Source of the DNA: an uncultured Gammaproteobacteria bacterium
GTDB taxonomy: Bacteria > Patescibacteriota > Microgenomatia > Daviesbacterales > UBA10151
Length of the DNA: 32,000 nt
Reading direction: 5' to 3'
Assembly: GCA_964360965.1 (NCBI GenBank)
Contig: CAYHYM010000004.1
Coordinates: 30,001-62,000 of the forward strand
Of this stretch, positions 21,979-30,306 are shown one piece after another. The notes beneath the pieces were generated by a model. The model was given only the letters and a program-made list of their open reading frames with translations, was not told the DNA's origin and searched no databases. Each line of letters starts with the position of its first letter. Position 1 is the first letter of the stretch. The translations under genes were made by a program, and so were the position numbers.

Positions 21979-23622
21979 ATGGCAAAGATGTTGAAATTTA
22001 ACCAAGAAGCTCGTGAGAAATTATTAAAGGGTATTAATATCCTGACAGAGGCTGTGGCTACCACTTTGGGGCCTAAGGGCAGAAATGTGGCTTTGGATAA
22101 GAAGTGGGGAGCACCAGCTGTTGTTCATGATGGAGTAACTGTGGCCAAAGAGATAGATTTGGAAGACCCGTTTGAAAACATGGGGGCACAACTTATTAAA
22201 GAAGCAGCCTCAAAGACCAATGATGTGGCAGGAGACGGAACAACAACAGCCACCATTTTGGCCCAAGCAATGGTTTCAGAGGGCTTAAAAAATATTCAGG
22301 CCGGAGCCAATCCCATGATTTTAAAACATGGCATGGAAAAGGCTGTGACAGCTTTGGTTGAAGAGCTCAAAAAGATGAGCAAAAAAGTAACTACTCAGGA
22401 AGAAATTGCTCAAGTGGCCACCATTGCCGCGGCAGATGTACAGATTGGCAATCTAATTGCCGAAGCCTTGCAAAAAGTGGGAAAAGACGGGGTGGTTACA
22501 GTTGAGGAAGGTAAAACTATGGAGATGGCTGTTGATTATAAAAAAGGGATGGAGTTTGATAAAGGTTTTGTTTCACCTTATTTTATAACTGATACGGATA
22601 AAATGGAGGCAAGTAATGATGGGGAACCATATATTCTAATTACTGATAAGAAAATTTCTTCTGCCGCTGATCTTGTTCCATTTTTAGAAAAATTCGTACA
22701 GTACTCTAAAGATTTAGTAATAATTGCAGACGAAGTTGAAGGAGAAGCGCTGGCTTTATTAGTAGTAAATAAACTTCGCGGTACCTTCAATATTTTTGCA
22801 GTTAAGGCTCCAGGCTTTGGTGATCGCAGGAAAGAGATGTTGGAAGATATAGCAATTTTGACAGGTGGTACTGTTATTTCTGAAGACACAGGGAAAAAAT
22901 TTGAATCAGTTGAAAAAGAGGATTTAGGAAGAGCTGGAAGGGTAACATCAGATAAAGACAACACTTTAATTGTTGATGGTAAGGGCGTCAAAGCCAGGAT
23001 TGAAGGAAGAATTGCTCAAATAAGAAGGGAGCTGGAAACTTCAGATTCAGAATTTGACAAGGAAAAGCTACAAGAAAGATTGGCCAAATTAACAGGTGGA
23101 GTGGCTGTAGTTAATGTTGGAGCTGCCACAGAAATAGAACTGAAAGAGAAAAAAGAAAGGGTAATTGATGCAGTGGCAGCCACCAAAGCAGCAATTGAGG
23201 AAGGAATTGTTCCTGGTGGAGAGGTAGCTTTAATTAGAGCAGCTAAAGTTTTGGACAGTGTGATTGCTGATGGGGACTCTTCGACAGGTTCAGGGCAAGA
23301 GGAAAAAGTTGGTGTAGAGATTGTCAAAAAAGCCCTGGAACAACCATTTAGGCAGTTGGTTAAAAATGCGGGAATGGATGAGGGTGTTGCCTTAGCAAAA
23401 GTTTTGGATTCGCAAGGCAATATGGGTATTGATGCTTTAGATGGTAACCTGAAAGATTTAGTTAAGGCAGGAATTATTGACCCGGTCAAAGTGACCAGAT
23501 CAGCTCTTCAGAATGCAGTATCCGTAGCTATTATGGTAATGACGACCCACGTTCTAATTTCTGACAAGCCTGAACCCCCAGCACCTCCCCCAATGCCCCC
23601 GGGCGGAAGGCCTGAGTACTAA
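21979..23622 (+). CDS. groEL: Chaperonin GroEL
   Basis: [48 protein letters not shown], and [20 protein letters not shown]. Pro-rich C-terminal tail in place of GGM repeats. Confidence 0.97.
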   Translation: MAKMLKFNQEAREKLLKGINILTEAVATTLGPKGRNVALDKKWGAPAVVHDGVTVAKEIDLEDPFENMGAQLIKEAASKTNDVAGDGTTTATILAQAMVSEGLKNIQAGANPMILKHGMEKAVTALVEELKKMSKKVTTQEEIAQVATIAAADVQIGNLIAEALQKVGKDGVVTVEEGKTMEMAVDYKKGMEFDKGFVSPYFITDTDKMEASNDGEPYILITDKKISSAADLVPFLEKFVQYSKDLVIIADEVEGEALALLVVNKLRGTFNIFAVKAPGFGDRRKEMLEDIAILTGGTVISEDTGKKFESVEKEDLGRAGRVTSDKDNTLIVDGKGVKARIEGRIAQIRRELETSDSEFDKEKLQERLAKLTGGVAVVNVGAATEIELKEKKERVIDAVAATKAAIEEGIVPGGEVALIRAAKVLDSVIADGDSSTGSGQEEKVGVEIVKKALEQPFRQLVKNAGMDEGVALAKVLDSQGNMGIDALDGNLKDLVKAGIIDPVKVTRSALQNAVSVAIMVMTTHVLISDKPEPPAPPPMPPGGRPEY

Positions 23623-23672
23623 AGCGCCTTTACTTCTGAATTACGATATAAAATTAAGTTAAAATAAATCAT

Positions 23673-23972
23673 ATGAGTGTTTACTTTGATTTTCCTACTG
23701 GTTGGTGGGTAATTATTCTTTTTATTTACGGATTATATCTTTACCTTTTCTTGCAAAGAAAAAGTTATCAGAGAAAAGGAGAGATTAGAAATCAGCTAAT
23801 ATTTGCTACAATAATACTGATTATTTCTTTTACCATAGAGGTTATAGCTGTAAATCTTAATGTCTGGACATACTTTCCAGGAAATTGGCCAATTATTTTA
23901 TGGGTGGGATATTTTGGTTCAGGACTTTTGGGTTATCAGCTAGTTAAAAAGATTGAGGAACTGTTATCATAA
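23673..23972 (+). CDS. Small membrane protein (99 aa, about 3 TM segments)
   Basis: Hydrophobic ORF. No family recognised. Confidence 0.5.
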   Translation: MSVYFDFPTGWWVIILFIYGLYLYLFLQRKSYQRKGEIRNQLIFATIILIISFTIEVIAVNLNVWTYFPGNWPIILWVGYFGSGLLGYQLVKKIEELLS

Positions 23973-24029
23973 AAATACGACGACCGTCGCAAAAATGTTT
24001 GAGTCAATATTTATGTTAAACTTTATTTG

Positions 24030-24620
24030 ATGGTTAAGTTTCACTACAGGGAATCACCTTCTCCCGGGCAAAGACAAGCTTTTGCCCCATATTTATCTGA
24101 GGATGAGGAGCTAATTTTGGCAACCGGTTTTTCCAGAGCATACATCCGTTCCAAGTTTATCATATACCTGATGTTTCCGGGACTGTTATTTCTAGGGATG
24201 GGATTAGGAGTGGGTTGGCTTCTGGGACTGACTAAGGTCTGGGCTGCTATTTTGGCAGTAGGACTGATGATTTTATCAGCCATCTTAAAAACAATGCACA
24301 TTTTTCATGCCAATAGGTATTTATTAACAACAAAACGGGCCATGATCAAACACGGACTTTTCTCAGTTAAACTGACAGCCGCCGTTTATGATAAGATTAC
24401 CCACCTGGAAGTTGATCAGTCTTTTATAGACAGATTATTTTTCCATCATGGGCATATTATTGTCAATACAGCAGGCTTAAATAAAGGCGACATTAAGCTG
24501 GAGTATGTGGACTATCCAATGGAGCTTAAAAACTTACTGGAAAGGCTGATTAACAGGGAAAGAGAACAATATGGGTTACGAGGTGGGGTAACTACCACTA
24601 TAGAGGGAGAGATAATCTAG
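24030..24620 (+). CDS. Membrane protein with a bacterial PH (YdbS/YdbT-like, DUF304) domain
   Basis: Two TM helices, then RYLLTTKRAMIKHGLFSVKLTAAVYDKITHLEVDQSFIDRLF..GHIIVNTAG. ATG at 24030 preferred over TTG at 24027. Confidence 0.6.
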   Translation: MVKFHYRESPSPGQRQAFAPYLSEDEELILATGFSRAYIRSKFIIYLMFPGLLFLGMGLGVGWLLGLTKVWAAILAVGLMILSAILKTMHIFHANRYLLTTKRAMIKHGLFSVKLTAAVYDKITHLEVDQSFIDRLFFHHGHIIVNTAGLNKGDIKLEYVDYPMELKNLLERLINREREQYGLRGGVTTTIEGEII

Positions 24621-25339
24621 TCAAAATCGGGGATTAAAGTCTTTTTTAAATCAGTCTTCTTGGGTTTGCTTCCACCCACTGGTTTAAAGTCCTCTTCTCT
24701 GGGGAAATTAGGAATTTGGGGTAAGATGGTCTGAGGATCAATATATTCTCCATTGAAAGTAACCTCCAGATGGGTATGAGGACCGGAAGTGGCGCCTGTT
24801 AATCCCACCTCGCCTATGATATTTGACGGACTAACCTGCTGTCCTCCTTTGACAAATACTCTTCCCATATGGCCATAAGTTGATTTAAAACCAGATGAGT
24901 GGGAGATCACTACATGATTTCCCAATCCCCAAAAAGAAAAATTAACTTCCTCAACTACACCTGAGGTGATGGGATAAATTGGCATGCCCAATCCTGCCGC
25001 AATGTCCACTGCCTTATGAAAGCTGGAAAATCGAGTAGATAGATATCCCGGGTGAGGAAGATTGATTGGTTGAGGCAGATTCTCAGCTGTAATTTGTTGC
25101 TGTTGTTCATCTGCTGAAACTATCACCTTCTTGACAGGAGGAAAGGTAAAAGCTGGCTGATATCCCATCAGAGTTAGGATCAATGTTACTACCAGTGTTA
25201 TTTTTTTAAGCCGCTGAAAATCCTTCTCCCGCAGTTGGCGTAAAAGGATAAGCCTTGGCTTGATGTTGGCAAAAACAAAGTTTAGGGCGTCCCGTTCTTG
25301 GCTTTTGTTAGGCAGCAGGCTTTTGTCTTTTCTTTTCAA
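24617..25339 (-). CDS. M23 (LytM-type) peptidoglycan endopeptidase
   Basis: HKAVDIAA...GNHVVISHSSGFKSTYGHM...GLTGATSGPHTHLEV (HxxxD and HxH motifs). Confidence 0.85.
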   Translation of the reverse strand: MKRKDKSLLPNKSQERDALNFVFANIKPRLILLRQLREKDFQRLKKITLVVTLILTLMGYQPAFTFPPVKKVIVSADEQQQQITAENLPQPINLPHPGYLSTRFSSFHKAVDIAAGLGMPIYPITSGVVEEVNFSFWGLGNHVVISHSSGFKSTYGHMGRVFVKGGQQVSPSNIIGEVGLTGATSGPHTHLEVTFNGEYIDPQTILPQIPNFPREEDFKPVGGSKPKKTDLKKTLIPDFD

Positions 25340-25442
25340 AGAAATCTAAGCCTATATGCTTAGAATAGCTTATTATTCTAGCACAAGGTATAATAAAAGT
25401 CAACCCTAAATGCATAAATAATCTTATGAAAAAATTGAAAAA

Positions 25443-26246
25443 ATGAAAAAAGCAATATTCATAAGCTTTATTTTTATAAGTCTGGCAATTATTTTTGTTC
25501 AGGTTGCCACAGTTACTCTTGGCTCAATTTTGGATTTTAAGCAAAAAGCAGGACTTAAAATCTTATCACAGCCAAATTCCGCGCAAGTTTTTATTGATAA
25601 TGTTGAGGAGGGAAAAACGCCTTTTGAGAACGGGAATCTTTCTCCCAAAGAATACCTGGTGAAAATTAAAGGAGAGGACTCTTTTTGGCAGGGCAGGGTT
25701 AAATTAACCGCAGGAACGCTAACTTATGTCAACCGCGAGCTATCAAAAGATAACATCCTATCCTCCGGTGAGATATTAACTTTAACAAAGGGTGAGGGTG
25801 TGGTGGTAATTTCTACTCCTTCAGGGGCGGATGTTGAGATAGATGGGAAATTGACAGGCCAAACCCCGCTCTCTATTGATGTTTTAGATGGAGAACACAT
25901 GTTTAATATCTCTCACCCGGGTTATTTAAGCAGGAGTTTTAAGGCATATCTTCCGCAAAATTACAGCCTGACACTTAATGTAGATTTGGCTCTTTCAGAG
26001 ACAGATTTAACCAGTATTGTTATTCCGTCAGTTAAAGAGACTGAAGAGGTGGTGGTTAAAAAAACCCCCACCGGTTTCCTGCGAGTGAGGGATCAACCTT
26101 CAATTTCGGGAAAAGAAATAGCCAGAGTCCTGCCGGGGGATACGCTGATACTTTTGGGAGAAGATAGTCAGTGGGATAGAATAAGGCTTAAAAGTGGAGA
26201 GGAAGGATATGTTTCCAAAATTTATGTGGAGAAAAAAGCTCAGTAA
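25443..26246 (+). CDS. PEGA-domain protein with a C-terminal SH3b domain
   Basis: Two PEGA-like repeats (SQPNSAQVFIDNVEEGKTP and STPSGADVEIDGKLTGQTP). The C-terminal LRVRDQPSISGKEIARVLPGD...GYVSKIYV is SH3b-like. Confidence 0.65.
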   Translation: MKKAIFISFIFISLAIIFVQVATVTLGSILDFKQKAGLKILSQPNSAQVFIDNVEEGKTPFENGNLSPKEYLVKIKGEDSFWQGRVKLTAGTLTYVNRELSKDNILSSGEILTLTKGEGVVVISTPSGADVEIDGKLTGQTPLSIDVLDGEHMFNISHPGYLSRSFKAYLPQNYSLTLNVDLALSETDLTSIVIPSVKETEEVVVKKTPTGFLRVRDQPSISGKEIARVLPGDTLILLGEDSQWDRIRLKSGEEGYVSKIYVEKKAQ

Positions 26247-26260
26247 TGTCATTCTGTTTG

Positions 26261-27193
26261 TTATACCCCCAAGTAATAGATAATTCCCACCACCATTGAA
26301 ATCCATAAAATTACGGTAATAAGCAGAGGTTTGTCAGTGATCAAAACCCGCTCAGGAGATTCCCCTTCTTTTTTCTCATAGATGATATATAGATATCTCA
26401 TTACTCCATAAATCACCACCGGTACTGTAGCCATTAAATATTTGGCTTCGGTAATAGGAATATTAAGTTCGTCAAAAAGACTGGTGATTGGTCCTTTTAC
26501 CAAAATCGGCGGTTGCAGAAAAGCAAAAAATGCGTATGTTAGCCAGGTTGAATTGGCAAACATAGAGGTTAATATGTCAAGCAGATTTTCCGGATAATAA
26601 AGAAGCGTTTCACGGTGTTTGGGGGCATGTTGTTGCATCAGGGTTCTTTCTGATCTTCTTTTCCCTATGGCCAAAAAAAGAGCGAAAGAAATAATTGACA
26701 GTAAAAACCAGACGTTAAGATGGGCATCAGTTACCCAAATTCCGGCAAATACCCTTAAAACAAATCCTGCGGCAATTACCATCACATCAAGCAGGATAAT
26801 CTGTTTAAGATACGCGGAATAAAAAAGCTGCAGGATCAGATAAAGTAGTGAGGCTATGAAAAAAAGGGGGGATAAATTATAAGATAAGGGTAAAAGGATA
26901 ACTATTAATATCAGGGATATAAAAACCGCAACTTGAGGAGGGATTATGCCTTGTGCAATTGGTCTTCTTTTTTTAAATGGATGGTTCCTATCTCTTTCAA
27001 TATCAAAGACATCATTTAAAAGATAGCTGGCTGATGAAAGTCCGCAAAATATTAAAAAAGCAAAAATGGCCTTATTTTGATAAATAGGGTCAAATAAAGA
27101 TCCTGAAAATATTAAACCTGCAAAAATAGCAAAGTTTTTTACCCATTGTCTGGGTCTTGTCGCTCGGATAAGTCCCCAAAAAAATTCAACCAC
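26261..27193 (-). CDS. UbiA-family prenyl-phosphate phosphoribosyltransferase (decaprenyl-phosphate 5-phosphoribosyltransferase-like)
   Basis: RPRQWVKNFAIFAGLIFSG and YLLNDVFDIERDRNHPFKKRRPIAQG (NDxxDxxxD), with multiple TM segments. Confidence 0.7.
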   Translation of the reverse strand: MVEFFWGLIRATRPRQWVKNFAIFAGLIFSGSLFDPIYQNKAIFAFLIFCGLSSASYLLNDVFDIERDRNHPFKKRRPIAQGIIPPQVAVFISLILIVILLPLSYNLSPLFFIASLLYLILQLFYSAYLKQIILLDVMVIAAGFVLRVFAGIWVTDAHLNVWFLLSIISFALFLAIGKRRSERTLMQQHAPKHRETLLYYPENLLDILTSMFANSTWLTYAFFAFLQPPILVKGPITSLFDELNIPITEAKYLMATVPVVIYGVMRYLYIIYEKKEGESPERVLITDKPLLITVILWISMVVGIIYYLGV

Positions 27194-28182
27194 AAAATCC
27201 CTCCCAATATAATTGTTGCCACCAAAACAGCGGCAAATAATTTACCTTTGCTGTCTAAAGTTAAAGCAATTGCTCCCAGAATAGCACTTCCCAATATATA
27301 AAACAAGGTAATCTGCCTATGGGATAGCCCTAAATCAAGTAAACGATGATGCAAATGGTTTCGATCTCCCCAAACAGGAGATTTACCGGATAAAATTCTC
27401 CGGAAAAAAGTATAGACAAAATCAGTAGCAGGGACAAGCAGGGTTAGTAAGGCTGTTGCCAACTTTGCCCCGGATAAAATAGACAGAGTGGCAATTAAAA
27501 ATCCAAAAATAGTGGAACCGGAAAAACCGGGGAAAATTTTGGCAGGGTACCAATTCATTATTAAAAACCCCAAAGCGCTGCCTGCTGTTGCAAACGCCAA
27601 TTTGGTGACTGTCAGTTGGTTGGGGTCACCATCAAGATATAGTTTGAAAGATAAAAGTCCTAAGACCAGCGCGGTAATTACTACAATCCCGGGCATTTGG
27701 CCATCTACCCCTTTTGACCAGTTAATCATATTCATCACCCACACAATCCAAAGAAGAGTTAGAAGATTTCCAACTGTCTGGTCAAGGGGAATGATGCCGC
27801 CTAAGGGATTGGTTATAAAGTTAATAGTGGTGCCGGTGCCAACAATGATGATGGCTGCTATAAACTGGGTAAGCAGTCTGATATAGGGAGAAAAATTTTG
27901 ATATTTATCATCCAAAAGTCCAGTTATGAGCAGTATCAAAATTCCCAGCACAAGCCCAATAATTTGTTTTTCCAGAGGAATAAATAAAATAATGGTAATG
28001 ACAATGCCAATAAAACAGGCCAGCCCCCCGGCGCGAGGCACTATTCTTTTCAAAACTCTTCCCGGATGAGGTCGTTTGCGGGGATCATCCAAAAGTGTAA
28101 ACCGGCGGGCAATTTTAATGGTGGGGAAAATGGAAATTAAGGTAATGACAAAAGCAATTGTAAGAATTATTAAAAGGATCAT
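27139..28182 (-). CDS. Polyprenyl-phosphate sugar-1-phosphate transferase (MraY/WecA, GT4 family)
   Basis: IPRAGGLA, LLDDKY, NMINWSKGVDGQ and HLHHRL blocks in a polytopic membrane protein. Confidence 0.8.
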   Translation of the reverse strand: MILLIILTIAFVITLISIFPTIKIARRFTLLDDPRKRPHPGRVLKRIVPRAGGLACFIGIVITIILFIPLEKQIIGLVLGILILLITGLLDDKYQNFSPYIRLLTQFIAAIIIVGTGTTINFITNPLGGIIPLDQTVGNLLTLLWIVWVMNMINWSKGVDGQMPGIVVITALVLGLLSFKLYLDGDPNQLTVTKLAFATAGSALGFLIMNWYPAKIFPGFSGSTIFGFLIATLSILSGAKLATALLTLLVPATDFVYTFFRRILSGKSPVWGDRNHLHHRLLDLGLSHRQITLFYILGSAILGAIALTLDSKGKLFAAVLVATIILGGILWLNFFGDLSERQDPDNG

Positions 28183-28183
28183 T

Positions 28184-28525
28184 TTAGATAAAGATGGTAA
28201 TAATTTTTAAGCCGGTTATAAAAAGGACTATATCAACCACTGCTGTGGAGATGATAAGGATGCGTTTGATAAGAAACTGAGACGGGTGAAGCTGAAGGTA
28301 TAGCAGGATATTACATAAGCTAATAAGGGCAATATTGGCTGGTAAGATTAAAAATTGCAGTTTTTGAGTAAGTTGAGCCTCTCCCCATGAAAGAGAGTAA
28401 AAAAGAGGCAGTTTTGCCGGTAAAAACGCATAAAAAATCAGCAAGATTAAACAAAGAAGTAGCGAGCAAGCGATAGAAAATAGAATAGGCAATGTTAGGT
28501 ATTTATCTTTACGAGCTAAATTCAT
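28184..28525 (-). CDS. Small polytopic membrane protein (113 aa)
   Basis: Hydrophobic ORF translationally coupled between the GT2 and GT4 genes. Confidence 0.5.
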   Translation of the reverse strand: MNLARKDKYLTLPILFSIACSLLLCLILLIFYAFLPAKLPLFYSLSWGEAQLTQKLQFLILPANIALISLCNILLYLQLHPSQFLIKRILIISTAVVDIVLFITGLKIITIFI

Positions 28526-30306
28526 TAGGTAGCCCTTACTCTTACTTTGGTGGTGACGCGAAATTTTAAATACTTCCCAAACATCATTGATGTTTGGGCA
28601 TCAAGGGCTGGGAGGGTGGAGATGGTGACAATGATAATAGGTATCAAAACCCACTGAATATAGGACCATAGTTTTTGTAAGATAGACCAAGACTCCGGCC
28701 TTTTGGGAACCGTTTTTTCGTGGACATAGATGGTGGCAAATATTCCCAAAAAGGCGATAGTTAATATCCAGGAGGAGATAAACGGCAGGTTATAAGAAAC
28801 TACAGATTGAGCATAGTCAGGATTAATCAATGGAATAAGCAGTCCGGCAAAAGTGACAAATAAAGCCAAGATTCCCCAGCGCAAATAACCCCAAACGACA
28901 AAAAGCAGTTTATCTGTTTTATCCCAAAAATCCAAATCTTTATTTTTAAAATACTGTTTAACAATAAAAGGAATGTGTTCTACCCCATAAGCCCAGCGTT
29001 TTTGTTGTAAATATTGATTTTGTAGAGTCTTAAATAAAGTGACATCCAAAACCGCATCGGCGGAGATGGGTAAAAAGTGGGGGATCACTTTGTAGTCTCC
29101 TTTAAAATGAAAGTAAGCCTTCCAATAAAATCCGGAATCATCATTAACTTTATCGGGAATCCACAGGCCCACATTCAGCAGAGATTTTAGATTAATAGAC
29201 AAAGAGGCAAAATTCATATATTTATCAGAGCCCACCATCTCTGATAACTGCCAAAATGAAGTACCTGCTGCCATCAGTCTCATGGGGGTAGGTACCTGCC
29301 AATAGTTGTTATGATATAAAAACATTCCGGTGTAGCTTCTTTTATCACGAATGTTGGCCGGGGTGGACAGATACTTGTGCAGCGCTCCGGCTAAAAATTG
29401 AGGATGAATCACAAAATCAGCATCTAAAGTGGTAACAATTACCTGTTCCTCTTTGATGCCTAATTTTTTAAACTGCTCCACGGCATTATTAATCATGTAA
29501 TTTCTATTAGTTCCCGGGCCTGGTATTTCTCCAGGTAAACCAAAGGGGTGGATGGTGGTAAAGACTCCACCGATCTTTTGGCTTAAGTTATTCAAGTAAG
29601 TTTGAGTTTTTTTAATTTTTTCCGGATCATTTTGATACTCTCTTTCCTCAAAACCTACTGCTAAAAATATTTTATCTTTGGGATAATTAGCAGAAACAAC
29701 GGCATCAAAGACTGGCAGCACCACCTCTAAAGGTTCTTTATAAGTGGGTACGGCAATTAAATGATAGTAATTTTGCCAATTGTCAGAAAAATCTTTATCT
29801 AATTTTTGTAGCCAGTTTTGTTTTTTGGCTTCTTCCATCTTTCTATAACCGATGATGATCAAAACTGCTATTTTTAAAGAGCTAATCAGCCAATAAATAT
29901 CGGCCAAAAGTATCAGATATGCCACTGCAAAAGGTAGAGTAAATGATAACCAGATGGGAGAGGTGAGGGCAATCCAGGTTAGAGCTCCCGGGAATATCTC
30001 TAAAAACCTCTCTACTGTTGTTTCATGTTTTCTGACAAAGTCTTTTTCTAACTTTTCTGAAAAAACAAAACTTTCTCGCAGCAAATGATGAACGATCATC
30101 CCTATACCGGAACCGGTCATGAAGATAGATAACAGAGTGCGGCTGGGGTCACTGATGATGATTTCTCCCAAAAAGAGGATTGTCAGTCCGGTTAGTACTA
30201 ATATTAAACCTAGGACACTGCGGTGTAAGTGCCGTCCTCTTAAGATTACCTCTGATAGGTAAAAGGAAAGTACGCCACCAAGAATAAAAAAGAGAACGAT
30301 TCTCAT
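28525..30306 (-). CDS. Membrane-embedded family 2 glycosyltransferase (processive synthase-like)
   Basis: TTLDADF (DxD) and QQKRWAYG (QxxRW) motifs flanked by N- and C-terminal TM bundles. Confidence 0.75.
   Translation of the reverse strand: MRIVLFFILGGVLSFYLSEVILRGRHLHRSVLGLILVLTGLTILFLGEIIISDPSRTLLSIFMTGSGIGMIVHHLLRESFVFSEKLEKDFVRKHETTVERFLEIFPGALTWIALTSPIWLSFTLPFAVAYLILLADIYWLISSLKIAVLIIIGYRKMEEAKKQNWLQKLDKDFSDNWQNYYHLIAVPTYKEPLEVVLPVFDAVVSANYPKDKIFLAVGFEEREYQNDPEKIKKTQTYLNNLSQKIGGVFTTIHPFGLPGEIPGPGTNRNYMINNAVEQFKKLGIKEEQVIVTTLDADFVIHPQFLAGALHKYLSTPANIRDKRSYTGMFLYHNNYWQVPTPMRLMAAGTSFWQLSEMVGSDKYMNFASLSINLKSLLNVGLWIPDKVNDDSGFYWKAYFHFKGDYKVIPHFLPISADAVLDVTLFKTLQNQYLQQKRWAYGVEHIPFIVKQYFKNKDLDFWDKTDKLLFVVWGYLRWGILALFVTFAGLLIPLINPDYAQSVVSYNLPFISSWILTIAFLGIFATIYVHEKTVPKRPESWSILQKLWSYIQWVLIPIIIVTISTLPALDAQTSMMFGKYLKFRVTTKVRVRAT

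Noticed and set aside
22578-23489. Minus-strand ORFs 22578..22991 and 23016..23489
   Set aside because: They are antisense to groEL. Their Ser/Pro/Thr-rich low-complexity translations are typical of shadows opposite a highly expressed, Ala/Gly/Glu/Lys-rich gene.
23978-23989. Palindrome CGACG-ac-CGTCG downstream of ORF 23673..23972, considered as a terminator
   Set aside because: A 2-nt loop is sterically implausible, the stem is only 5 bp, and no U-tract follows it.
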